A stretch of 64,000 nucleotides of DNA from Macrostomum lignano (taxonomy: Eukaryota): contig NIVC01000232.1 of the NCBI GenBank assembly GCA_002269645.1, positions 1-64,000 of the forward strand, written 5' to 3'. Of this stretch, positions 28,390-40,450 are shown piece after piece (within the stretch, counting starts at the first letter, position 1; each line of letters opens with the position of its first letter). The notes beneath the pieces were generated by a model. The model saw only the letters and a list, made by a program, of their open reading frames with translations. It ran no database searches and was not told where the DNA came from. The translations under genes were made by a program, and so were the position numbers.

Positions 28390-28430
28390 ACCACTACTAC
28401 TACTACTACTTACCACTACTACCACTATTA
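28281..28430. repeat. (ACT)n microsatellite upstream of gene A
   Basis: Direct reading. Confidence 0.98.
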
Positions 28431-28634
28431 CTATCATCCATCAGCTATCAACCATCATCAACCATCAACTAAAACAGCTTAAGTACTGTGCATCATCTTA
28501 ACGCATGTACTTACATTTCGTTCAATTTTAGCCAGCTACTTCGCTCATATTCTGCACCAGACGACAAGAAATTTCAGTACCAGCTATATCGGCTTGCTTT
28601 TGACGCCATCCAGTCGCGCTAAGATCTGCTCGGC

Positions 28635-31600
28635 ATGAGTCAAAGCAGCTTAATAGATGTTGTAAAGGGTGGCGAGCAAGAGCAATTAAAAGCTTTAGTA
28701 GAGCAGACACATGACCCGAGAGCAAAAAACCAGTTATGCCAGGATGCAGTTTCTCTTTCTGCGCAAAACCAGAAATGGGAATTTGTGGAGTACTTGATGA
28801 GTTGTATTAGCGATGAAGATGCCAGGAGCCAGAGCTGCATAACGGCTTCCATTCACGCAATGAAGTTCAAACAGATGGATAAACTGGAATCATTCATAAA
28901 CAGCATGGGAGACAGCGAGCGGAAGGACAATTGGTGCCGTGAGATGGCAGAATCCGCCCAAATATGGCGCTCTTGGGATGTCGTGCAAATTCTCACAAAA
29001 GCCATCAGCAACCAAAGCTTGAAGGACCAATGCTGCCGCAACTTCGCTAACGCTGCTGCAGACAGCCAGGATTTACAGGTCCGAAATTTTTTTGTTGAAC
29101 TGAGCTCAGACGAGGAGTTGAAGCAACAGTTTAGCATGGAGGCAGCTGGAACTGCAACAAGCAATCAAGAGAAACAAGTTGCAGAAAAAGCATTGTTGGA
29201 GACACTAGAGCTGCTATCTAAAGAGGCCGCTGAACCAGAAGTGAGAAAGCAGTGCAGTGATGTCTTGGCACAGCACGAATCAGATCAACGGCTCTCAGTA
29301 ACAGTCGCAGCAAGGCATATCGGTGCCAAAGGCTACGCCCAACTTGTCAAAGCACTGCTCAATAAATTTGAAAATGAAAGCGAGAGACGTGAATTGTGCA
29401 TGACTGCTGCCGAATTTGCTGCTAGAAGTGGACACTTGGGACGAGTAAAGTCCGTGTTGCATGGCTGCGAAGACACAAGACTCAAGCATGAATGCTCAAT
29501 AAAAGTAGCTGAAGTTGCATCCAGGTGCGGTCACTTTGAAGTGGCAAAACATGCTATTGAAGCCATCAAAGACCAGAAACTAAGAGACAAGTGTTGCCTT
29601 AAGGCAGTCAAGGCGTCCGCAAAGAATCGTCAACTTTTTATCACAAAGTTTCTGGTAGACTCCGTTGCAGAAAATTTGAAAGACCAGTGCTGCAGCAGGG
29701 CCACTCCGCCTGCAGCAAAGAACGGTCATCTTGAGGTGGTGACCTATCTGGTTCAAGAAATGGTTGACAAGACTCTAAAAGATCAGTGCTGCAGCAGGGC
29801 CACTCCGCCTGCAGCAAAGAACGGTCATCTTGAGGTGGTGACCTATCTGGTTCAAGAAATGGTTGACAAAACTCTAAAAGTTCAGTGCTGCAGCAGGGCC
29901 ACTCCGCCTGCAGCAAAGAACGGTCATCTTGAGGTGGTGACCTATCTGGTTCAAGAAATGGTTGACAAAACTGTAAAAAATCAATGCTGCAAGAAATCTG
30001 CAGAATCCGCTTCGGATTCGCAAAAATGGGATGTCGTGAAATTTCTAGCTGAGTCTATCAGCAACCAGGGCCAAAAGGACGAGTGCTACGCGTCTGCTGC
30101 AGAATCTGCTGCTTGGAGTGGCAACTTGGAAAAGACGAAAGACTTTGTTAACAGCATCAATGATTCAAGCATTAAAAATCAGGGCTATCTGCGATCAGTG
30201 GAGTCAGCTGCCAACAATCTGAAGCTCGAAGTTGCGGAGTCTTTATTTCGGATGGAATTTCCACAATCTATTAAAGATAAAGGCAGATTAGTAGCAGTCA
30301 GACCGGCTGCCAAAAACGGCTACTTTGAATTCGTGAAGTTTATCATTGAGACAGTCTCAGAAAAGCAAGTGCGAGACAAGTGCTGCTTGACTGCAGTTGA
30401 GCCAGCGGCTTTCAACGGCCACACCGAGGTGGTGAATTTTCTGGTTCAGTCGGCTGAAGAGCCATCCGTCAGGCTGGAGTGCTGCATGAAGGCAGCGGAG
30501 TCCTCACAAAGTGGCGGTAAAACTGATGTATTCGATGCTATCTCAAAAGAAGTCGATGATCTGAAAGATGAAGGGCTGAAGGATCTCTACTACAGCAGGG
30601 CTGCTGAGTCTGCAGCACAATGCGGCGAAGCTGATGCCATGATGTCCTCGTTGCGGAATGTTCGCGATGCAAAACGGAGAGCTGAGTGCGACCGTCAATG
30701 CGCCCTCGCCGGAGCGTCTTTCGGACACGAAAACGTCGTAGAACGCTTTGATATTGAGCCGCAGTGGCTCTTTGACTTACCGCCGTTGCTTCAATTTTTC
30801 TCTATGATGGCACTGAAGAATGAAAACTCTATTTTAGACAAAACATTGTCAACCATGCAGCCGGCAGAAAAGTTTAGGCTTCTTCTACTATCGATTTACA
30901 GTGAACATGTTTCCCTGGCCTTCGCTATCCTGCGTCAGCTCACCAGAGATGTTTTTGACCTGCCAGACAGCGAAGGAGCCACTGCTCTCATGTTGGCAGC
31001 TGATTCAGGTCACCACGAGCTCATCGAGAAGCTTGTGGAACTCGGTGCATCTGTGCAAGTCCAAGACTGTCACGGTCGGACTGCTCTGACTCGAGCATGC
31101 GAAGCGGGTCACGTGCGAGCTGCAAAGAGCCTGATAGACAATGGAGCGGATGCGAGTCACCAAGACGATCGGGGTTTGACATGCGTGCAGTGGGCGGAGC
31201 AGCACGGACACACAGAGCTGCTTCGGATACTTGATTCTTTTTACTCAAGGTAAAATATTTATCAACTATGCACAAGTTTAATAATTGATTCCTCTTGAAA
31301 ATTGAAAAGCAAAATTAAGAACGTGAGCGCTATCATTTTTGTTATGCGGCATGTTTCGCCTCGAGTCAGGCATCGTCAGGCTCTAAAAAATTAGTAAGGA
31401 TTTATTTGTTTATTTATTTAACATTTTAGGCAAAACCGGGTCGATAAAGTCAGAAAAAAACATATAAATTAGCAGTAGATGCACAGTCCAGCCGAGTGCT
31501 CACAGAGTTTACAATGAGGTTACAACTTTCCACTGGGTTGGGCAGAAAGCATTGAAGCTTAGCAGAAGACGAAGAAGATATTAATTTCTGACTTTTTCGA

Positions 31601-34088
31601 CCCGGTTTTGTCTAAATTGTTAATAAATAAATAAATAAATCCTTACCAGCTTTAAGAGCCTGACGATGCCTGACGCGAGGCGAAATATGCCATATAACAA
31701 AATATGATAGCGCTCACGTTCTTAATCTTGAAAATTGCAAGTACGTATTCAAATATTTACGCATTTTAGGAACGAAAATCGCGCACAGGACGAGACGCTG
31801 AGCACGGAGTTGCACGAGCTGTTCAAGTCGGCAGGATTCACCCGCGACAGAGCCGAGTGCCAGCAGGCGATGGCCGACTACCTGCAGAGAATCGCCATTG
31901 CGGTGGTCCGTGACGACAGTTGGCTGACTGGCAGCTACGCAGAGGGCTGGGCGAACAGTCTGGTTCAAGTGAACGGCAGAACGGCGGATGACTCAGACAT
32001 CGACTGGACGGTCTTTGTTGCCGGACAGAAGTTTCATCTCCAGGGCGGGTGCTCCCAGACGGGAGAGTGTGCACAGGCTAATCAGCTGATGGTCACAAAA
32101 GGTCATGCTAATATTCTTGAGAGTTGTGGTACGTAGAAGTTTTTGCGACTGTTACCGCGGTAGTCATACTTTTCGTCAAAATTCTACACGTCCATACACA
32201 CAAGCTCTTATAGAAATCTGTACCTGAACCACTGCGATGTTATAATCTGAAATATTCGACACTATATATCTTCAACGTATTGTATCATTACATCAGATCG
32301 AGAATACCATTGTAATACTGTCTGATCCATGTATACCTTAAACCAATTAGAAGTCAAGTGTCAGAAAAAGGTACAGGCGGCCAAAACTCATCTACAAGGG
32401 TAAGAACAAAAAATAGTTGTTAAAAAACTAGAACAAATCATTTACATTTTAGGCAGCCAGCCTGCAGTATCAACGTCTCCAAGCGGCTTGAGACCGAGAA
32501 TGGACCTGTGCCATGCAATTAGGTGCTGCAGCGACTTTTGCACAGATACTGAAAGGATTAAATTCATCACTGATAGACTGCCAAAAGTTCATCTGGTGAG
32601 AGCAACCCGACCTACAAAGCAAACCCAAAACGAGCTCAGGGTGAGCTTCAGCTTACACGAAAAGCGAATCATGAGAAGCCTCTCTGATGTCCAGGGCCAA
32701 CTCTTCACAGTAATCAAGTTTATCTTCAAAAAATACTTACCCATCACACTGAAAACACCTGGACTCAAGACTTACCACGCAAAGACTCTGCTCTTCTTCA
32801 TGCTCGAGAAGCATGGAACCGAGCATTTTAATCAGGTTTGGAAGCCGGAAAAGCTGATTTCTCTTGTGAAAGAGGCTCTCGAAATGATGCTAAGCTTTAT
32901 CGACTCGAGTAGCTCGCCCGACGAGTGCATGCCGCACTTCTTCATGTCGGATGCTCCGCTGTACTTCAAGAACGCTGGAATCGGCGGCGACTTCGACAAC
33001 ACAAAGTCGAGGGTTCGACTCCGACTGAGCGAGGTGCGAAGAAACATTGGAGAAATAGTGAATGTGCTGAAAGAGCATTTAAGACCACTGCAGTCACAGA
33101 ACTTTTACTTCCACCCTTTTGCTCTACTGCCGTTGGCATCACCAAGTAGAGTGAGCGAAGTGAGACCGAGACGCAAAAACCAATACCTGCACTTTGCGGA
33201 TGCCTACTGTGTAATTTACCAGTGCCTGCAGAAGCTGACGTCAGCAGAAACGGATGAGGCCTCCCTAATGAATGACCTGCAACTTCTTGACCGACTGCAG
33301 TGGTGCAAGACTGCCGCACTCTGCCTCAATGTCATGGCGCACTTAAAGTTCGGAGAGGTTGTGGAGGCCGAGTCACCACTGAAGAGGCTCTGCAATCACT
33401 CTGCTCAGCTTGCTTGGACGCCAGAATGCTTTCCAACCAGTCGGCTGGAACATTGGGAGGTTCCCGACGACTCAGACTGGGCGTGGAGGTTCTGCTTTCC
33501 ATGCGACACTCGGCCTCGTTTTCCTTTTCTTCCCGAGTTCACGCAGACTCTGTTCATTGCCAGACTGTCTCAGCCTCGGTCCTCACACCTGTACGTGAAC
33601 TTCCGCTGCCTGAGCTGGAGTCTCCAAGCTGAGCTGCTCCGCGATCGAACACCCGAAAATAAAATCTCATTCGATGCTTGGAAGACTCAGCTGCAAGAGG
33701 ACCCGGACTTGGAGGAGCTGCTCACCCTGGCTCACTACAGCAACAGTCGCGAGCATGTGGAGTTCTGCTTGCAGCAGATGGAGATTGAAAGGACGAGATG
33801 CGCGTTGCCATGGAGTCTGTTGATATGGATAAGCTTCAGTCTGTCAGACTTAAATTCGAGAGATGCACCGCAGAAACGGCGTCAAAAGCGATATTGCAGA
33901 ATGAGAGTGAGCTTTCCAACTTCAGTGACATGATAGAAGTAGCTGATTCGCTTGTTGTTAAGTCTGAAACTGTGTCAGGGGTCGTGAAAATCGGCAGTGT
34001 TCTGTTCAGAATAGTAAAATCGCATTTCGGAATAGTTGTCATGTTGATTTTTATTGTAATTTTTGTGTTCTATCTTCCCGCTGTTTGA
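28635..34088 (+). CDS. Gene A: ankyrin-repeat / cGAS-like (Mab-21, cGLR) nucleotidyltransferase / C-terminal TM; exons 28635-31249, 31770-32128, 32453-34088 (1-nt deletion near 33788)
   Basis: In-frame junctions: phase 2 AG|GTAAAA..TTTTAG|G and phase 1 G|GTACGT..TTTTAG|GC. NTase motifs LTGSYAEG..DSDIDW, MDLCHAI, LRVSFS, KTYHAKTLLF, MPHFF. Three canonical ANK repeats end exon 1. Tail FGIVVMLIFIVIFVFYLPAV* lies in the shifted frame; as assembled the CDS stops at 33933 (1484 aa). Confidence 0.88.
31314..31726. mobile_element. Foldback element in intron 1 of gene A (~140-bp inverted arms, Penelope pLTR-like)
   Basis: ATTAAGAACGTGAGCGCTATCAT.. mirrored at ..ATGATAGCGCTCACGTTCTTAAT; each arm carries CTGACGA-stem-GAAA. 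Confidence 0.75.
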
Positions 34089-35424
34089 GTTCTTTATCGT
34101 TTATAGCGGAAAACTGAGTGGTACTCGACATATTTTACCCTTTTAATGATGAAACGTTTAAGCACACGAAGGACAGAACAGAAATATCGAAAAAAATTTG
34201 AGACTTTTAGGTACTGAGGAAAATTTGATACGACTAAAATGTTTTAATCTCATCTTATAATATAATTAAATCTTACACGTGAGAAAATTCAGATTGAAGA
34301 TACGAGCTATGTATATACTGTAATGTGTTTTGGTAAATATTGGCCTGTTAGTCTAGAACATTTTGCTTTTTGTTGTAAGATATGACTTTACAATTTACAA
34401 TTTAACTTTTCAGACAGTTTTTCTGTAGTATGAATCGAATGCTCCAATACTATACATTCGTTCGTTTAGTGCCTTGTATTTTGTTATCGGTTTTCCAAAC
34501 ATATTCTCTACAGTATAAATACGCGCTGTTGATCTGTTCATAATTTTAACAGTCGGGACCGGAGATCACGTGGTAGTCAAACCGTGACCATCGCGACAAC
34601 CCCTGGTTACCTGACCCGGGATGACACCGTTAGCCAAAGGGGAGGACTTTGGTGTAGCTTTAACGTTAGACCACCCTGGCTTAGCGACCCAGTAAGTACA
34701 CTCGATAGATAGAATATTGTTGAACCATCACTGAAAACCTGTTGTATAAGATTTTACCAGAGTGCAAGAGTAGCAAGACTAGGATCTTGTATATAGTGAC
34801 TCAAGTCATTGCGAGGTTAAGTTGAATTACATTGTGAGATATTTGGGATTAGAGTGCAACATTTTTAAAGTATGTAGCTAAAGCTATTGTCTAAATATGT
34901 TTTTTTTCCTTCAAACTTACCAATTTTAAATTTCTGTTGGTTAGTAATTGATCTACAATTGTTGAAGCCGTCATTTATGCGTTTAATTTTAATTTAATTT
35001 GATTATTTATGGTTGAGTTTTCCATTTTTTTGTTGCAACTACTGTTGAAAATCTAATAATTGCTTGTATTAGTTCTGGTTGCAGAATTGCTTTACGAGCG
35101 CGTAGTTATTAGCTTGTTAATAAAATTGTTTCAGTTCTGTCGTTAAATTGAGCGTGATACCAATTTTGTTCACTACAGGCCGTTAATATTGAGAGCTGCA
35201 ACTTTTAAACGTTCTTAGTATTTAATATTTAATATTTAATTGCCTAATAGAGGTTTCTTCTAGCACTGCCAGAAGACCCACCTAATGCATTTTTAACTAA
35301 CATGTACTTTAACCATCACTACTTTTGGCTTTTGGCCTCTCGCTACAATGTTTGTCTTATTGATTTTATCAAATAGATTTTCGTTAGCTAGAATTGGTTT
35401 AAAGTGTTTGGAACACGCAGGGGC

Positions 35425-35499
35425 ATTTTAGCCTAGTCGTTAGAGCATATGACTCACGACTGAAAGATTGGGGGTTCGATTCACGGCCCAATCGGAACA
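35425..35499 (+). mobile_element. SINE tRNA head (same family as 40770-40950)
   Basis: TAGCCTAGTCGTTAGAGC..GGGTTCGATTCACGGCCCAATCGG. Confidence 0.6.
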
Positions 35500-35610
35500 A
35501 TTCGATACTTGGAAGATGCGGCTGCAAGAGAACCCGGACTTGGAGGAGCTGCTTACTCTGGCTCACTACAGCAACAGTCGCGAGCATGTGAAATTCTGTC
35601 TACAAAAATG
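35500..35610 (+). pseudogene. Orphan fragment of cGLR exon 3
   Basis: FDTWKMRLQENPDLEELLTLAHYSNSREHVKFCLQK* versus gene A 33669-33780 FDAWKTQLQEDPDLEELLTLAHYSNSREHVEFCLQQM. Confidence 0.9.
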
Positions 35611-36980
35611 AAGAGCTTCAAGGACAAATAAATTGCTGTTGTTTTAAAGCTTTTTTGTTGAATTCTAAACTAACTTTTCTTTTAATTTCGTAATTCTATT
35701 TATTATGATTTTTTCTTAGAATTTGGGTCGGTTTTAGTTTAGCTAAGGTGACTAAACGTTTTGACCAAGAATAACTTTGGAGATCGACGTAAATTTTCGG
35801 AGGTCTTGGTCGTAACAAAAAATTTTTACGAGGACTATAAACCCTCGCGACATGTATGAAAATTACTCAGCTAATTAACTTTAGATTTTTTGAAATGCGC
35901 TTGAAAGGCGCTTTGGGTTATTAGTCGTACTCGACGGTAAGTGAAAGGATAAATACAATTAGTTGGAATACTTTTTATATTGTTAGTACGTCTGTACTAT
36001 TACTTATATTCACGATCGTCTATCGTACCACTCATTGTCACTATTGAACCATTCAATAATTTTGTTTTAGTTCTGAATTTAGCTTTGAAAGTTGTTTCTG
36101 CACTTGCCCCGTCGCTTCACGACATATTTCGCACATCTTCCATCCTGATTTTTATATCGTACATATCATGCTAATGTACTCATACCAACCCCCTAAAAAT
36201 CCTGTGCTTCAATCCCCCTTTCTGTTAAATTGAAAATCAATAAATCTAAAATACCGGACTGCTCTCAACAATATAAGTTGTTTGTGTAGCTATTTTTGCT
36301 GATTCGATACTACGCTCGTAGCCGCACACTTTTAAGAGTTTTAGATTCCTAAACCTCTTTAGGATAGGCTTAGGTAAATGGCCAGCCACGAATAGATTTA
36401 GCAGCAGACAGGCTGCTTAAAAGACGAAGAAGTAAAAGGGCTCGGCGATGAGGAGCGGCTTCACATTAAATAGGCTAAATAAATAAATAGGCTCGACGAG
36501 TAAAAGGAAAGACAAAATCTAGGCTCGTACGACAACTAGGACTCAGAACCGGTTAGTAAAACTGTTGCCTCAGAGCGACGTTGACCATGATGCGATGCAG
36601 CCACTGCAGCACACGACGAGTGAGTGAAGCTGCTCGACGTATTCTATGACGAAATAGCGTCGGCGACAACTGATGCAACGGTACCTGGGCGGCGACGGCA
36701 ATATGCGAAGTTAATTTGAAAAGTATGACTAAAATAGAACAAATTAGCAATAACTATTGAGGTCCTTTCGACTAGGAATACTTGGACTAGTAGTATACAA
36801 GGACTACTAGACTAGAGTCTATAACGAGTGTTCCTAGTGGCCCTTGCACGTATATTCGTACTCAGTAGCTGTAGCTTAAGTCATTAGAAACGGTGACCTT
36901 ATCTGGTTAAATATTAAGAATGACGTGTTAGCCCTAGAAGATGTATTATTGGTTTAAAATGTTCAGAAGATCTTTTGTGT

Positions 36981-37084
36981 CTACTACTACTACTACTACT
37001 ACTACAACTACTACTACTACTACTACTACTGCTACTACTACTACTACTACTACTACTACAACTACTACTACTACTACTACTACA

Positions 37085-37117
<33 letters not shown>
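36981..37117. repeat. (ACT)n microsatellite
   Basis: Direct reading. Confidence 0.98.
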
Positions 37118-37118
<1 letters not shown>

Positions 37119-37149
37119 GGACCGCGGGCTGAAAGAGCTCTCACCGCCG

Positions 37150-38160
37150 GACTGACACCAGCAGTCAACAACCTGCACCTTCCGCAAGACTTGCGACTGT
37201 CATCGATCATTAAGGAGTTCAGCGACAGGTTTCAAGGGATCGGCTGGATCAAGGACGTCTCAGTCAGCATCTAACTGAATTGGAACAAGTGTTGCCAGTC
37301 TGCCACCAAACCGCCGTGGAAAAGGAACTGAAAGACCAGCTAGCAGCCGGCATCCTGGAGCGAGTAACGGGTCCCAGAGCCTGGAGCTCACGTATGGTGG
37401 TCGTTCCGAAATCCTCGCCAGGTGAGATCTGCCTCTTGCACGCATGACCTGAGGTATGTCAATAAGTGCGTCATCCCAGAAAAGCAGACAATACCAACAT
37501 TTGAGGATGCCAACGACCAGATGGCCGTCTCCAACAAGTTCTTCGAACTGGACGTTGTCAAGGCCTTCCACCAGATCAAGGTCAGCGAGGAATCACAGCA
37601 GCTGCTCACCTTCTCAAAACCTCAAGCGCCTTTGCATGGGATTTACTCCAGCATCCGTCATGACATCTATCCTGAGCGGTTTGAGAGGCGTGCAGTGGGT
37701 TCATGGCGACATCATTATCTTTGCCAGCACCTTAAAAGAGCGCAGAGAGAGGCTGCTCAACTGCCTCAACAGGCTGCGCCAAAACAATGTGACTCTGAAC
37801 CCCCGCAAATGCCGCATTGCAACCCAACAGGCCGACTTCCTGGTCATGGACCTCTCGGCGGCCGGAATCCAACCGACCGAGGAAAGGCTGGAGGCTGTGG
37901 CCAACTTCAAGCGACCAGAAAATGCAACGGAGGTGCGGTCCTTCCTCGAACTCGTCACATTCGTAGCCCGCTTAATCCCAAACGTCGCCGACAAACCAAG
38001 GCCACTTCGAGAGCTGACCAAGAAGAATGCAACATGATCGTGTGGCTCACAGCAAGCCTCAGCCTTCCAGTCCATCAAGCAGTCGATCGCACACAGCACC
38101 ACACTGGCCTTCTTCAGCAAGAACTGCGAGATCAGCAAGTTGAACTGCGAGATTCAACAA
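37150..38160 (+). mobile_element. Degenerate Gypsy RT fragment related to the 20.6-25.2 kb element
   Basis: ELDVVKAFHQI, WVHGDIIIF, TEVRSFLELV, LRELTKKN across shifting frames. Confidence 0.85.
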
Positions 38161-38395
38161 AAGCTTCGGTGAAATCGAGCAGCCCTAGTCACAGACAGCG
38201 TTATGGGTATTTGCATTGTAACTTAGACTTGATTGAGATTGCGTAACCATATTGCTAACTTTTCTGGAGACTGATACTGACTGATTGAGAAATCGAGCAC
38301 GTAAGCTCGTATAACTGCTTTGTTTGACTTTTACTAAAACCGACTTGATATGAGTCGAATTATAAGCTGTTCTACGACTCTAGCTACTCTAGATT

Positions 38396-38565
38396 TCACC
38401 GATCACCAACCATGAGTCACTTGTGCCTCTCACCGATCACCAACCATGAGTCACTTGTGCCTCTCACCGATCACCAACCATGAGTCACTTGTGCCTCTCA
38501 CCGATCACCAACCATGAGTCACTTGTGCCTCTCACCGACCACCAACCATGCGTCACTTGTGCATC
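38396..38565. repeat. Second array of the 34-bp minisatellite (5 units)
   Basis: Units at 38412, 38446, 38480, 38514, 38548; same downstream flank as the 3.7-4.2 kb array. Confidence 0.95.
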
Positions 38566-38722
38566 TGGACACGGAAGGTGCCTCAATTGCTTCTTTAATG
38601 TGACATGTGTTTCAGAGGGTGTCTGTCGAGGGTGAAAAGAAGTTTATCTTGTGTGCGTGCATTCAGCTTGATTGGCTGCGGCAAGCAAGCTCAAAAGAGC
38701 TCGCTTCGCTCGCTCTTTCTCG

Positions 38723-38753
38723 CTATCTACTATCTATCTATCTATCTATCTGT

Positions 38754-38787
<34 letters not shown>

Positions 38788-38788
38788 G

Positions 38789-38860
<72 letters not shown>
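38723..38860. repeat. (TATC)n microsatellite
   Basis: Direct reading. Confidence 0.98.
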
Positions 38861-38861
<1 letters not shown>

Positions 38862-39699
38862 ATGCCTAATGTATACTCATTAATGCATTTATCCATAAAC
38901 ACTGTCCATAAACACTAGAACTACGCTCACTGCACTCCTCACTGACCAGCAGCTCGATACACCAGTTGTATTTTGTCTCTACGTATGCTATACGTTCACC
39001 CCTCCCCCATCCAGCTCTCCCAAAGCCTCGACGATTCAGGGTGAGCAGGAACAGGCGGGCAAGTCAAGTGTCAGGCAGGGCGCAGTGTAGCCAAGCGCCT
39101 GCAAATCCCGCAGCCACTCTCACGTGCAGTGGGAATAATCCCGATTCCGCGTCGGCACTCCGTTGCAAACACGTCACGTTGCAACTTCGAGAAGGGACTA
39201 TAAATTGTTTCAATTGCTGAATGCTGAAACTTTAGAGAGTTTGGGACTGATTTAAGTAATGAATGTTTCAAGTGTGAGGACAGAAACCGCACCATCCTTG
39301 ACTAAGGAAAACGTATTCAAGGAGTACAGTGACGTGTTTGGAGTTTGAATGCTTGTCTGGAAGATGCTTGCTAGTCTTCGGCTCTCGGGATTAAAAGAAA
39401 TACAACCCTAAAAACCATGCATTACGAGCGTGTCGTCTACAAACAGCATCGAATGATTCACAAGCCATAAACCATGAGCTATGGCCTGTAGAGCTTTGCT
39501 AAGTCTGCTTTGCTGCAGACTATTGCTTTATCAATAAATTTTGTGTTATGCATTGCAGTGCTCATGTCTATGTGCTTGACTTCAGTGCTCTTAATAAGCC
39601 GTGAATAAAAGAGAAAGAAGTGGCGGCTGCGGGATAAAATACAATGTACGCTGGTACGCTGGTAACTCCCTTTAATTAAAGATTACGGACTTTGACTTT

Positions 39700-40450
39700 G
39701 ACTGTGGCAGTCCACGTATCGACGGGTTCGGGCCTGACCCCGCCTGAACGGGCCCTGCAAGGTGAGCAGCAGGACGTCCTGAACAGGTTGGGAGCAGTAG
39801 CCCTCGGCCCGGATCACGTGCGGCCGGCTCAGTTGAAGTCACCGCTGGCGCAGGATGATGAACGGGCGCTGCAGCTTGGCCCGATCGTACAGGGCCTCCG
39901 TCCCGACGCTCTCGTCAGCTCGAAAGGCCCCCACGCAGCAGCCCTGACTGCGCCGAGTCCAGCTGCCACTCTAGCATAGCCGTCAGCGTCCACGTCTCGG
40001 CGTTGTATAGCAAGACGGTTTCGACCACCGTCTGTCACAGCCGAGCCCTCTGGCGGTCGGGCAGCGCTTCGGACTGGAGGATGGCTCGGATCGAACGAAA
40101 GGGCGCCCAGGCAAGTCCTCTGCGCCGCCGGAGATCCTCTTCCACGTGAGACACCAGACCGCCGTGGCAAGTGAACCGCTGGCAGGGTGCGAGCTTGGTC
40201 GTCTGCCCGTCTGCGCCGCGGCATGTCAGGTCCGCTGGGATGTCGGTCGGCATGGGTCCACTGGCTCGCCGGTAAGACCACCCACTCCTGAGCTGCGACT
40301 TGCGGCTCCGCGACCAGCTCTACCGACCGCCAAAGCAGCGGCCGTGACTACTATCGTGCTCTGTTGGACACCCGCGTGAAGCGTCAATTCGCGGGTGCCT
40401 TCGTCGCCGCGCTTGGAGAACAGCGCGAGGCGGAGTATTCCGACATCAGC
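39700..40450 (-). mobile_element. 5'-truncated, decayed RTE-like non-LTR retrotransposon
   Basis: Minus strand: EEDLRRRRGLAWAPF..ETVLLYNAETWTLT..QPVQDVLLLTLQGPFRRGQ, with stops and frameshifts. Confidence 0.8.
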
